A stretch of DNA of 64,000 nt from Planctomycetota bacterium (lineage in GTDB: Bacteria; Planctomycetota; UBA1135; UBA2386). Of the stretch, positions 1 through 9,399 are shown in pieces. Numbering within the stretch: the first letter of the stretch is position 1; every line of letters begins with the position of its first letter. The position numbers and the translations under genes are program-made. Location: NCBI GenBank assembly GCA_965228735.1, contig OZ245838.1, forward strand, positions 320,001 to 384,000, given 5' to 3'. The notes under the pieces are model-generated. The model did not search any database and was not told the origin of the DNA. It saw nothing but the letters and a program-made list of their open reading frames with translations.

Positions 1-927
1 GGCGTAGAACTCGAACGCGCCGGAGACCTTGCGGAACACGTGGCGAAAGCGGTCGCCGGCTCGCGGCGACATCGGGATGCTGCGCGCGGCGGCGCGCGCC
101 ACGTCGTCGCCTGCGCCGCGCAACGGCGTGACGTCGAGGAACACCTCCTTCGGTACCACGCCACCGACCGTCACGACGACGTGCAGTTCGCCGCCGGCGG
201 GCAGCAGCAGCTCGGCCACGCCGTCGTCGTTGCCGTCCGTGTCGACGCGGTGCAGCTCGGCGCTCTCGGCAGGCAGCTGGATCGCGAGGTAGGTCTCGCG
301 CGGATACTCGGCCGCGAAGCCCAGCTGGCGCAGCAGGAAGGTCTTCGCCGTGGTCGGCGAGAGCAACGCGCCACCGATGAGCGTCGCGACCGCGAGCGTC
401 GCGGCGCCGCCGACCCGGCGCGTAGTGCGGCCGTCGAGGAAGCGCTCGAGCGGCAGGCGTTCCACGGCCGTCGCGGTCTCCTCGACGACGCGGTCGATCA
501 TCGCGGCCGACTGGTTGCGGAGGGCGCGGGCGTCATCACCGTCGCCTGCGCTGCGCTGGAGCTCGACCGCCGACACGAGGCGCTGGTGCAGCGCCGGGAA
601 CGCGCGTTCGAGAGCCTGCGCGATGTCGAGTGCGGTGAACCGCCGGGACATCGGGTAGAGCACGAACCGCGACAGCGCGTAGCCCGCGAGGGCGATCACG
701 GCCAGCGTGTGCAGCAGGCGGATCGCGACGGGCAGGCGCAGCGAGTGGTCGAGCGCGAAGAACAGCAGGATCGCGAGCGCCGGCAGCAGCAGGACGAAGC
801 CGAGGCCGTGCACGACGTAGCGGCGGCGCAGTCGGGCGTGCTGGCGATCGAGCAGCGGCTCGATCGCGCGGGCGAACGTGCGGCGGGCTTCCGCCGCGTT
901 GGGGTTGGTCTCGGGTTCGGTGCTCAC
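1..927 (-). CDS. Membrane protein, DUF4175-like member of the MoxR/vWA cluster (partial; runs off the window start)
   Basis: Translated by hand from GTG at 927 (not in the ORF track): MSTEPETNPNAAEARR..., two N-terminal hydrophobic helices, an 'ERAFPALHQRLVSAVEL' motif, a third hydrophobic helix; frame open to base 1. Confidence 0.65.
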   Translation of the reverse strand, partial: MSTEPETNPNAAEARRTFARAIEPLLDRQHARLRRRYVVHGLGFVLLLPALAILLFFALDHSLRLPVAIRLLHTLAVIALAGYALSRFVLYPMSRRFTALDIAQALERAFPALHQRLVSAVELQRSAGDGDDARALRNQSAAMIDRVVEETATAVERLPLERFLDGRTTRRVGGAATLAVATLIGGALLSPTTAKTFLLRQLGFAAEYPRETYLAIQLPAESAELHRVDTDGNDDGVAELLLPAGGELHVVVTVGGVVPKEVFLDVTPLRGAGDDVARAAARSIPMSPRAGDRFRHVFRKVSGAFEFYA

Positions 928-987
928 TGCGTTCGGTTGCTCGGCCGGGATCGACTGCGGGCGATGTGGGGGGGAGGCGCGACGCGG

Positions 988-2187
988 TCAGCGCTGGAAG
1001 ATCGGCAGGTACTGCAGCGGGATCTGCAGGATCAGCGTCGCGACCGCGGTGCTGAACGCCTGGCCCGGGCCGGCGCGGCACGGCCAGCTGCCGTCGGGCC
1101 GCTGCATGCGCAGCAGCTGCGCCTTGATGTCACGGAAGTAGCGCGTCCACTTCGGATCGCCTGTCACGTAGTAGGCCTGCACGGCGTAGTAGTGGCCGTA
1201 GTAGAAGAAGTAGTGGCCTTCCCAGTCGTCGCTGAACGAACCGCGGCGCCGATCGAGGTACTCGATCGCGTTGTCGATGATCGGGCTCTCGTACTCACCC
1301 GCCGCGTAGAGCGTCGTCACGCCGGCCGCGGTGAGCGGGAACGTCGCGCGCGTCTGGTCGCGGTTCTGGTACCGGAAGCTGCCGCCGTCGTCGCCGAAGC
1401 GACCGCGGCCGTAGTAGTGGTAGGTGCGGTCGTTGCTGCGCACCGCCGAGCGGTAGACGTAGTTCTGCGCGTTGCGGATCGTCGTCAGCGGCACGTGGAT
1501 ACCGACGTTGCGCGCCGAGCGCAGCGCGAGCACCTGGCACACGGTGATCGACATGTCCGACTCGCGCGCGAACGGCCGGTAGCGCCAGCCGCCCTCGGCG
1601 TTCTGCGAGTCGACGATGAGGTCGACCGCGCGCTGCAGCGTGCGGCGCACCTCGGGGCGGTCGACCATGCCGTAGATCTCCGCGAGGAACAGCGTCGCGA
1701 ACGCGTGGCTGTACATTCGCGTGCCGTTCTCGGTGATCTGACCGTCGTCCTTCGCGCACGACAGCACGAAGTCGAGGCCGGCGCGCACGTTGGTGCCGTA
1801 CTCGCCGCGGTTGGGCAGGTGGCCGCCCGCGAGGAAGCTCATGAGCGCCAGGGCCGAGACGCCGACGTGCGGCTGCGGGTTGGGGTCGAGGGTCTCGTAG
1901 TCGGTGTTGAGCTTGTAGCCCACGTACTCGGCCCAGTAGCCGTCCTCGTGCTGGTTCTCCTGCAGCCAATCGAGGCCGCGCTTCACCGCGGCGCGCAGCG
2001 GCGCGTCGATCAGGGCGTCGTTGCTCGTGCCGCGTCGCAGCACCTCCTGGCCCGTCAGGCCCGGCGCCATGAAGCCGGCTACGAGAACCGATCCCACGAT
2101 CACGCGCCCGGCGACGGTTCGGAGAACGGTGGGCGCAGCAGCGCGTGAGAACGCAAGGCGAACGAACGTGCGGATGTCAGCCATCAT
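988..2187 (-). CDS. Prenyltransferase/squalene-oxidase repeat protein (alpha-alpha toroid), probably exported
   Basis: QW-like repeats QHEDGYW, QNAEGGWRY, QRPDGSW; 'MYSHAFATLFLAE'; ATG at 2187 overlaps the upstream TGA (ATGA); no DXDD motif. Confidence 0.8.
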   Translation of the reverse strand: MMADIRTFVRLAFSRAAAPTVLRTVAGRVIVGSVLVAGFMAPGLTGQEVLRRGTSNDALIDAPLRAAVKRGLDWLQENQHEDGYWAEYVGYKLNTDYETLDPNPQPHVGVSALALMSFLAGGHLPNRGEYGTNVRAGLDFVLSCAKDDGQITENGTRMYSHAFATLFLAEIYGMVDRPEVRRTLQRAVDLIVDSQNAEGGWRYRPFARESDMSITVCQVLALRSARNVGIHVPLTTIRNAQNYVYRSAVRSNDRTYHYYGRGRFGDDGGSFRYQNRDQTRATFPLTAAGVTTLYAAGEYESPIIDNAIEYLDRRRGSFSDDWEGHYFFYYGHYYAVQAYYVTGDPKWTRYFRDIKAQLLRMQRPDGSWPCRAGPGQAFSTAVATLILQIPLQYLPIFQR

Positions 2188-5100
2188 CGTTTGGTGTTCT
2201 CCGGACCGAGGACCACGAGATACTCGGCACAGCAAAGGACAGTGTAAGGGCCCACGGAGCTCAGCGCATAGGTGGGGTCGATGTCGAGCGACCGGTACTT
2301 CTGACCGTCGGGCAAAGCGCCACGGCGGTTGTCGAGCCCGATCGAATAGAGCCGGAATCGGCCGCCGCGATCGGGTCGCACGCCGAACGTCAGGAAGCCG
2401 TCACCGACCTGCGGCGCGCGCTCGATCTCACCGAGGCCGGCGCTCATGCGTTCGACGAAGCTGGGTATGCCGTCCTCGAGGCCAAAGCAATAGACCCGGC
2501 GGTCGCGGCCGTCCGCGGACTCGAGGTCCGAGACCAGGAGCGCGCGCGGTGCCGGACTGCGCGTGAACGTGCGCTGCCAGTTGAGGACGTCGATGTCGTA
2601 GCCGAGCGGTTCTTCGCGCAGCGGGTTGCCGGTCGCCGCATCGAGGATGGCGATGCGGCCATCATGGCTGTCGTCGCCGTCCTGCACGATCACCACCTTG
2701 TCGCCGAACAGCGCCGCCATCGCGAGTCGGCGGTCGGCCACGCCGCGCCAGTGCCATGCGACCTCGCCCGCGTTGTCGATCGCGAAGAGCTCGGGGATGT
2801 CCTTCGAGTACGAGCTGTCGATCGGCAGGTAGATGCGCTCGCTGTCGCCGCACATCGACTGCGGGAAGATGCGGGTCGCGATGCCTTCCGCGCGCGGCAC
2901 GGCGTCGGGGATCGGGATCGTGCGCAGCGTGCGGCCCGTCAGCGGGTCGAGGCGCAGCAGGCGACGCTGCTTCGGGTCGTCGACCTGGATGACGACGAGC
3001 TCGTCACCGATCGGCTTGGGCACGGGGCGCATGCGTTCGCCCGGCAGGGGCCGTGAGAACAGCACCCGGCCGCTCAACGGCTCGACGCCGTAGCAGCGCG
3101 ACGGGCCTTCGCCGTTGCTCGGCTGCGCGTTGAGGTGGAACACGCCGCGCTGCACCCCGAGGCCGTCGAGCAGCTGGCCGTCGGTCTCGTCGAGCTGCCA
3201 GCGCGTCCGGCCGGTGCGGTAGTCGATCGCGAACACGCGCTCGAGGTCGGGCACGATCAGCGTCTCGCCGCACAGCACCACGTGCTCGAGGAACTGCACC
3301 GGCAGGGAGTAGAGGATCGGCTTGTGCTCGCCGGCCTGGTGGACGTCGATGGCGAGCAGGTCGGCGCCCGCGACGGCGAACAGCGGCTGGTCGGCCGGCG
3401 GCGTGAAGCCGTCCGCGTGGATCGTGTCGACGAGGCGGAACGACTCGCGCGGTGTGCGCGGGCGGATCCGGGCGACCTCGTGCAGCGGCAGCGCGAGGCG
3501 GTTGGTCTGCGGCGGCTCGATCAGCGCGGGTCGCAGAGCGGCGAGCACGTCGGCGAAGCGCTTGCCGCCGTCGGCCGGCCAGTCCGACTCGACGTCGCCG
3601 AACTTCGCCAACAGGTCCGCGACGCTGCGCGCGAGTCCGCGGTTGCCGCGGACCCGGGCCGCGACGAGCACGCGGCGCAGGATCCGGGGATCCATCTGCT
3701 CGCGCGACAGCTCCTGGGCGAGGACGTCGCACGCGATGGCGAGGTCGCCGCGTTCGACGGAACGGTCGAGCACGCGCGTCCGCGCGGTGCGCGCCGCCTC
3801 GCTGTTCGGGAAGCGTGCACTGACCGAACGCAGGGCGTCGGGGTCGTCGCCGGCGTCCGCGAGGGCGAGGTCGGCCCGCGTCGCGACGGCCGCGTAACAC
3901 GCCTTGCCGTGGCGCGCGAGCAGCCGCCCGATCGCCGTCATCGCGAGGTCGCGGGCCGGCTGGCCGCGGAAGCTCGCGCCCGGGTAGTTCTCGAGCAAGT
4001 CCTGCCACGTTGCGACCATGCTCGCCGGCTCCTGGCCGGGGAGCTGGGCGCGGCGGTAGAGCACGAACGCGCGGACCGGTTGCGGCCCGTCCGCGAGCAG
4101 GAGCTGCTGGCCGACGGCCGTGCGTTCGAGCCGGTCGAGCTCGGTGCGCAGGCGCTGCGGGAACGTCGCGCACTGCTCGAGCACGTGCATCTGCATGTCG
4201 ATCCAGCGGCGGATGTCGGGCGCGGTCTCGCGCGCCTCCACGAGCAGTTCCAGCGCCTCTGGGGCCGACGTGTTGACCGCGGCGATGGCGGCGCTTTCGG
4301 CCTGAATGAACAGCTCGCGCTGCAGCGCGCGGCGCACGGGATGGGAGCGGGCGAGGCCGCGACGCTGGCAGGCCTCGAGCCCTTCGCGATAGAGCGCGGT
4401 CACCTCGGCGCGTTCTTCCGCGGTGGGCGATTCCGGCAGCAGCGCCGCGCGCAGCGATGCGAGTCGCAGCACCGCGGCCGGGTCGTCCGGCGAACGGTGG
4501 TAGCGTTCTTCGACGCTCGCGAGCACGGCGGTGCGGTCGTAGAACAGATCGAGCGCGCCGAGTCGTAGCGACGACACGATGCCGTCGACGAACACGAGGT
4601 TGCCGCCGGCGTAGTCGCGGAGGATCATGCGCTCGGTCGGCGGCAGTTCGTCGCCGTTCCGGTCGAAGGCCGTGATCTGGCCGAGGCGGGCGAGCCAGAG
4701 GCGATCCCCGGCGATCGCCGGGCGGCCCGCGACGCCGCCGCCGGCGCGCTGCCGGAAGTTCATCGGGGAGACCAGCTGGCGCACCTCGGTGCGGCCGGCG
4801 AGCAGGCCGTCGGAGCGCGCCTTGATCGCGATCGCGCCGCGCCCCGTGAGGATGAACTCGTCGCCGATCGCGCCGGCGAGCCAGCGCACGTCGTGCTCGT
4901 CGCCGTTGCACGGTGCCCGGTGGGGGACGCGCCACAGCAACCGCCCCGTCTCGGCGTCGAGGCCGAGCACGAACGGCGAGTCGAGCGGCGTCGAGCAGAG
5001 CACGCCGTCGATCACGACGGGTGCGTTGTTCATGAAGTAGACCGGGCGTTCGCGCTGGCGGCGCAGGCTCGCCGTCGGCATCTGGACGACGTCGTGCGAG

Positions 5101-6752
5101 GTGACCCAACGGGTCTCGCCGCTGCTGGCGTCGATCGCGAACACGACACCGAGGTTGCTCGCGCCGTAGATCACACCGTTGCTGATCGCGAGCGGCGACG
5201 CGGCGAACTCCATGCGCGCGTTGCCGAACATGTTGACCTCCTGCTGACTGCTGCAGACGAGCCGGCGCCAGCGCAGTTCGCCGGTGTGGAGGTCGTACGC
5301 GCCGATCGAGAACGCGATCGCGCCCGAGCGGTCGTGCACCGGGATGTAGACGGTGTCGTCGACGACGAGCGGCGGGCCACACGCGTCGTGGCCGCGGTAA
5401 CGGCGCGAGATCGGACCGTCGAGCTCGTCGAAGTGGCGCCACAAGAGCGCGCCGGTCGTGCGGTTCCACGCGAACGTGCGGCGGCGCGCGATCTTCGACA
5501 GGATGCGGAAGTTGTTGTGGAAGTCGACGTTCGCCGTCCGCTCGGGCACCTGCAGCGCGGCGACCACGACCTCGTCACCGATGGCGGCCGCGAGCACCAT
5601 GTCGTGGTTGATGCCCGAGCCCGCCTCGCGGCGCCAGTGCCGGCGCGTGCGGCGGGGCTGCTCATCGTTGCCGAGCGGCGCCTCCGACACCCAGCGCTCC
5701 TCGCCCCGCAGCGGGTCGTAGGCGTGCAGGTCGCGGCCGGTGTTGACGAACAGGCCGTCGAGGTCGCCGACCGCGTGCATCGCGTAGTTGCCGCTCTCGC
5801 GATTCTGGAAGCCGCTGGCGTAGACCGCACGGCTCCACCGGGGCGCCGGATTGCCCGCGGGCTCGCTCATCGGCGTACGGCCGTCGCCGCCGCCGCCGAG
5901 CGCGGGGTAGCCCGTCGGATCGCTGCTCGCGGGCAGCACGTCGAGCACGGCGCTCGTCGCGTCCTCGCGCGGTGCGCCCGTGCCGGCGTCGCCGTTGCTG
6001 CGCGCGGCGCGCGCCGTGCGCGGATCGACGAGGGTGCCGGCGGCCTGCAGGCGGTCGGCGAGCCGTCGTTCGGCCGTGCTGCCGATCGCGGTCGCGTCGA
6101 GCGCGCGGCGGTAGTGCCCGATCGCGCCCGGGCCGTCGCCCTGTTCGAGCGCGAGGTCGCCGAGTCGGGTGCGGGCCGCGAGCCCGGCCTTGCTCGTCGG
6201 GTAGCGCGTCGCGAGCAGCTCGAGCTGTTCGGCCAGCAGCTCGTGCAGCGGCCGTTCGAGCAGGTAGCCGGCTTCGCGGCGAACGAGAGTCTCGTAGGCC
6301 TCCTTGGCCTTCGGCGACATGTTCGCGAGCGTCGTGATCACGGCGAGGCGCAGGCCCTGGAAGCGCCCGGGCGCGACCGGCGCGACGCCGCCGAACTCCT
6401 GCTGCAGCAACCGGTGCAGGCGCTCGACCGCGGCCGTGTACTCGCCCTTCTCGAGCTCGCCGAGGCCGAGGTCCCACTCGTGGATGTCGTCCTGCGATCG
6501 GCGGAGCGAGAACAGGTTGTCGTCGCGCCCCGTGGTGAACTCCATCGGCCGGGTGATCTCGCGCGCCGGGACCGGAGCCTGGGCGAGGGCCCCGACCGTC
6601 GGGATCGTGAAGGCCAGGACAGCGACCCCGAGGGACGCGAGGTATCCGGTCGGCGCGGCGGTCTGGGTCATCTCGATGGGTTCCGGCTGGGTTCGGATCT
6701 GCACTGGAATCACTGGAATCATCGGCACGATGGCCGTTTCGGCTGCCGCCAT
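2184..6752 (-). CDS. Large exported PQQ-like beta-propeller repeat protein with TPR-like segments
   Basis: 1522-aa ORF; repeated 'AYDLHTGELRW', 'AIDASSGETRW', 'GLDAETGRLLW' motifs; signal-peptide-like stretch after alternative start ATG 6671. Confidence 0.8.
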   Translation of the reverse strand: MAAAETAIVPMIPVIPVQIRTQPEPIEMTQTAAPTGYLASLGVAVLAFTIPTVGALAQAPVPAREITRPMEFTTGRDDNLFSLRRSQDDIHEWDLGLGELEKGEYTAAVERLHRLLQQEFGGVAPVAPGRFQGLRLAVITTLANMSPKAKEAYETLVRREAGYLLERPLHELLAEQLELLATRYPTSKAGLAARTRLGDLALEQGDGPGAIGHYRRALDATAIGSTAERRLADRLQAAGTLVDPRTARAARSNGDAGTGAPREDATSAVLDVLPASSDPTGYPALGGGGDGRTPMSEPAGNPAPRWSRAVYASGFQNRESGNYAMHAVGDLDGLFVNTGRDLHAYDPLRGEERWVSEAPLGNDEQPRRTRRHWRREAGSGINHDMVLAAAIGDEVVVAALQVPERTANVDFHNNFRILSKIARRRTFAWNRTTGALLWRHFDELDGPISRRYRGHDACGPPLVVDDTVYIPVHDRSGAIAFSIGAYDLHTGELRWRRLVCSSQQEVNMFGNARMEFAASPLAISNGVIYGASNLGVVFAIDASSGETRWVTSHDVVQMPTASLRRQRERPVYFMNNAPVVIDGVLCSTPLDSPFVLGLDAETGRLLWRVPHRAPCNGDEHDVRWLAGAIGDEFILTGRGAIAIKARSDGLLAGRTEVRQLVSPMNFRQRAGGGVAGRPAIAGDRLWLARLGQITAFDRNGDELPPTERMILRDYAGGNLVFVDGIVSSLRLGALDLFYDRTAVLASVEERYHRSPDDPAAVLRLASLRAALLPESPTAEERAEVTALYREGLEACQRRGLARSHPVRRALQRELFIQAESAAIAAVNTSAPEALELLVEARETAPDIRRWIDMQMHVLEQCATFPQRLRTELDRLERTAVGQQLLLADGPQPVRAFVLYRRAQLPGQEPASMVATWQDLLENYPGASFRGQPARDLAMTAIGRLLARHGKACYAAVATRADLALADAGDDPDALRSVSARFPNSEAARTARTRVLDRSVERGDLAIACDVLAQELSREQMDPRILRRVLVAARVRGNRGLARSVADLLAKFGDVESDWPADGGKRFADVLAALRPALIEPPQTNRLALPLHEVARIRPRTPRESFRLVDTIHADGFTPPADQPLFAVAGADLLAIDVHQAGEHKPILYSLPVQFLEHVVLCGETLIVPDLERVFAIDYRTGRTRWQLDETDGQLLDGLGVQRGVFHLNAQPSNGEGPSRCYGVEPLSGRVLFSRPLPGERMRPVPKPIGDELVVIQVDDPKQRRLLRLDPLTGRTLRTIPIPDAVPRAEGIATRIFPQSMCGDSERIYLPIDSSYSKDIPELFAIDNAGEVAWHWRGVADRRLAMAALFGDKVVIVQDGDDSHDGRIAILDAATGNPLREEPLGYDIDVLNWQRTFTRSPAPRALLVSDLESADGRDRRVYCFGLEDGIPSFVERMSAGLGEIERAPQVGDGFLTFGVRPDRGGRFRLYSIGLDNRRGALPDGQKYRSLDIDPTYALSSVGPYTVLCCAEYLVVLGPENTKR

Positions 6753-6978
6753 TCGCGGTGGTTACACCTTAGGATCCAGCGCCCTGGACGGGGAGCCGAA
6801 CCCGGCCGCGTGACAGCGTTACGACAGCTTCTAGATGTGACCCACGGCCACGTTACGGAAGTCGCCTTGACACGGCCCGGCGGCGTCCCGCCGCCCGCTT
6901 CTCGGGGGCGCCGGTCCAGGAACGGGTAACGTCGCCCGGCCCGCCCGGTTTCCGGACCGATTCGGCGTGGTTTCCGGT

Positions 6979-9396
6979 CTATACGAGGCGAGCCCGCTTT
7001 CGGAGAAGCCACTCGATCGCCAGGATTCCGAGCAGCACCACGAGGCTCCAGGTCGTGTCCCAGATCGACTCCGTGCGGGTGTTCTCGCGCTCCTCGTAGG
7101 CCTTGCGGGCGCGGTAGTCCTCGATGAGCTCGGCAGCGTCGGCGAGGAACACGTAGCGCCCGGCGCCGTCCGTGCTGCCGCTGGATTCGGCGATGCGTTC
7201 GAGCGCCGGGCGGTCCTGGCTCGACTCGGACATCTCCTGGTCGGGAACTTTGACCAGGATGTCCTCGCGCGCGAGCACCGTGTCCGCCGGATTGTCGTTG
7301 GCGAAGACGACGAAGCTGAACGCGCCGGCGTCGTTCATCGTGAAGCTGCCCTGATAGGCGCCCGGCTCGCCCGGGATCGCGCGCAGCACGCGCTTCTCGG
7401 TGGCGTTCGTTCCGTCGCGCAGGTAGATCGGCTGCTCGCTCGACACCGCGGGCTGCAGCTCGGCGTCGAGCATGCGCAGCTGCACGCGCACCTTGTCGCC
7501 GGTCTCGACCGTCAGCTTGTCGACGGACAGCTCGAGCAGGTCGTTGCGCCGCTGCAGGCGGCCCTGCGCGAGGTAGCGGACGACGTTGCGCCAGAACGCG
7601 TCCATGTAGATCTCGCCGTACGGGTTGCGCCACCGCCAGGTCTCGTCGGTCGCGAGGAAGAACGTCATGCCGCGCGGGTAGGGGCTGACGACGGCGACCG
7701 GTCTTTTGCCGTAGGCGTTCTCGTCGCGCGGGTGGCGCAGCAACACCGTCGCGCCGGGCTTGGCGCGCTGCACCGGGTGGTAGACCTGGAACCCCGGCAG
7801 GCCTTCCTGCCACAGCCGCCGGTTGAGCGCCGGGTCGCGCTGCAGCATGAGGATCTCGTGCGGCGCGAGCTCGTTGTCGAGCAGACAGCGGAACGCGGGT
7901 TCGCTGCGCCGCCGCTGTGACATCAGCCAGACCGGATCCTCGAGCACGACGGGCAGCAGGTCCTGCAGCGGCGTGTTGCGGTAGGCCTCCGGCATCGCGA
8001 TCTGGCTGAAGCCGTCGGGGTGGAAACCCGCGAGGAAGCCGACGCCGCCGCCGAACTCGACGTAGCGCACGAGCAGTTCGAGCCAGTCGTTGATGCCCTG
8101 CTCGGTGTTGGCGAGGCGCTCGGGCGCGATCTCGCCCATGAGGATGACGTGATACTGCAGCAGCTCCTTCTCGGTGCGCGGCAGCTCCGGCAGCGCCTCG
8201 AGCTCGAAGCTGTGCTCCTGCACGAAGCGCGGGCTTGCGTCGACGAGGTAGGCCTGCATCTGGATGCTCGGGTCGACGCGCTTCAGCCCGTTCTTGATGT
8301 AGCGGTAGCGCCAGTTGGGCAGGTCCTCGATGTAGAGCACGCGAATGCGCTCGTCGTTGACGCGCAGGAACCGGACATCCTCGTTGTCGTCGAGCTGGCT
8401 CTCTTCCGCCTGCGGCGCGAGCTTGAACTTGAGCGTCCAGTCGCCCGCGTCGCGGAACGCGTGGAACACGCGGACTCGCTGGCCCTCGCCGTTCTCCGGC
8501 AACTCGGCGACCTGGGTCGCGAGCGGTTGGAACGGACCGCCGTCGAGCGAGCCGAGCAGCTCGACGCGGGCGCTCTTGCCCTCGAGCCCCTCGGCGCGCA
8601 GCGTGACGTCGAAGCCGACCTCCTCCTCACGCAGCGCCTCCTTGGGGCCGCCCGGGCCGATGATCCAAGCGTTGCGCGGCGGCTCGGGGTCGCCGACGCC
8701 GATCGTGTGGATCGGGATGCCGCGCGTGGCGTAGCGCTGCGCGACGTCGACCGGATCGAGGCCCGAGTTGTTGCGGCCGTCGCTCACGAGGATCACGCCC
8801 TCGAGCGTCTGGTTGCCAGCGGACGAGAGGTGCAGGTCGAGCGCGTCGCCGAGCGTCGTGCGGTTGCCGCGCGACGTCATCTGCGACAGCGACCGGACCG
8901 GCACCGGCTTGCGCTGCACCCGGAAGATCCGCACGTCGTGCGACTCCTCGAGGCCCTCGAGCAGGCCGCCCTCGCGCTCGAGGATCGCGCGCACGAGGTC
9001 CTGGCGGGTCGTGTTCTCGAGGTCGATCGCGCCGGCGGCCGCGGTCAGCCCGTCGCGCTGCTCGGCGTCGGGGTAGCGGTCCTTGCGCTGCATGCTCGCG
9101 CTGTCGTCGACGAGCACGTGGACCTGGTGGCGCGTCTTGCGGTAGCTCGTGATCTCCCACGCGGGCTCGAACACGAGCGCGAGGCACACGAGGATCGCGA
9201 GCCAGCGCAGGAGCGAGAGCGCGACCCGCGTCGGCCGTTCGAGCCGCGAGAGGCCGCTGTAGCTCCAGTATGCGAACCCGACGGTGAGCGGCAGGATGAC
9301 GAGGATCGTGACCCAGAGCGGCGGCGCGTTGAGCAGCCGGAACACGGGGTCGCCGTCGACGACCGGATCCTGCAGGAGGGACAGCATCGACAGCAC
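6979..9396 (-). CDS. vWA-domain membrane protein with glutamine-amidotransferase-like domain
   Basis: MIDAS 'VLVDDSASM', 'LVSDGRNNSG'; N-terminal TM helices; C-terminal 'IEWLLRKR' anchor. Confidence 0.8.
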   Translation of the reverse strand: MLSMLSLLQDPVVDGDPVFRLLNAPPLWVTILVILPLTVGFAYWSYSGLSRLERPTRVALSLLRWLAILVCLALVFEPAWEITSYRKTRHQVHVLVDDSASMQRKDRYPDAEQRDGLTAAAGAIDLENTTRQDLVRAILEREGGLLEGLEESHDVRIFRVQRKPVPVRSLSQMTSRGNRTTLGDALDLHLSSAGNQTLEGVILVSDGRNNSGLDPVDVAQRYATRGIPIHTIGVGDPEPPRNAWIIGPGGPKEALREEEVGFDVTLRAEGLEGKSARVELLGSLDGGPFQPLATQVAELPENGEGQRVRVFHAFRDAGDWTLKFKLAPQAEESQLDDNEDVRFLRVNDERIRVLYIEDLPNWRYRYIKNGLKRVDPSIQMQAYLVDASPRFVQEHSFELEALPELPRTEKELLQYHVILMGEIAPERLANTEQGINDWLELLVRYVEFGGGVGFLAGFHPDGFSQIAMPEAYRNTPLQDLLPVVLEDPVWLMSQRRRSEPAFRCLLDNELAPHEILMLQRDPALNRRLWQEGLPGFQVYHPVQRAKPGATVLLRHPRDENAYGKRPVAVVSPYPRGMTFFLATDETWRWRNPYGEIYMDAFWRNVVRYLAQGRLQRRNDLLELSVDKLTVETGDKVRVQLRMLDAELQPAVSSEQPIYLRDGTNATEKRVLRAIPGEPGAYQGSFTMNDAGAFSFVVFANDNPADTVLAREDILVKVPDQEMSESSQDRPALERIAESSGSTDGAGRYVFLADAAELIEDYRARKAYEERENTRTESIWDTTWSLVVLLGILAIEWLLRKRARLV

Positions 9397-9399
9397 CGT

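Noticed and set aside
988..2187. Squalene-hopene cyclase (shc)
   Set aside because: About 400 aa single toroid, no DXDD motif, export-like N-terminus, located in a MoxR/vWA cluster
6702..6720. CACTGGAAT x2 micro-duplication near the PQQ gene start
   Set aside because: Only two 9-bp units, in frame; no evidence of function
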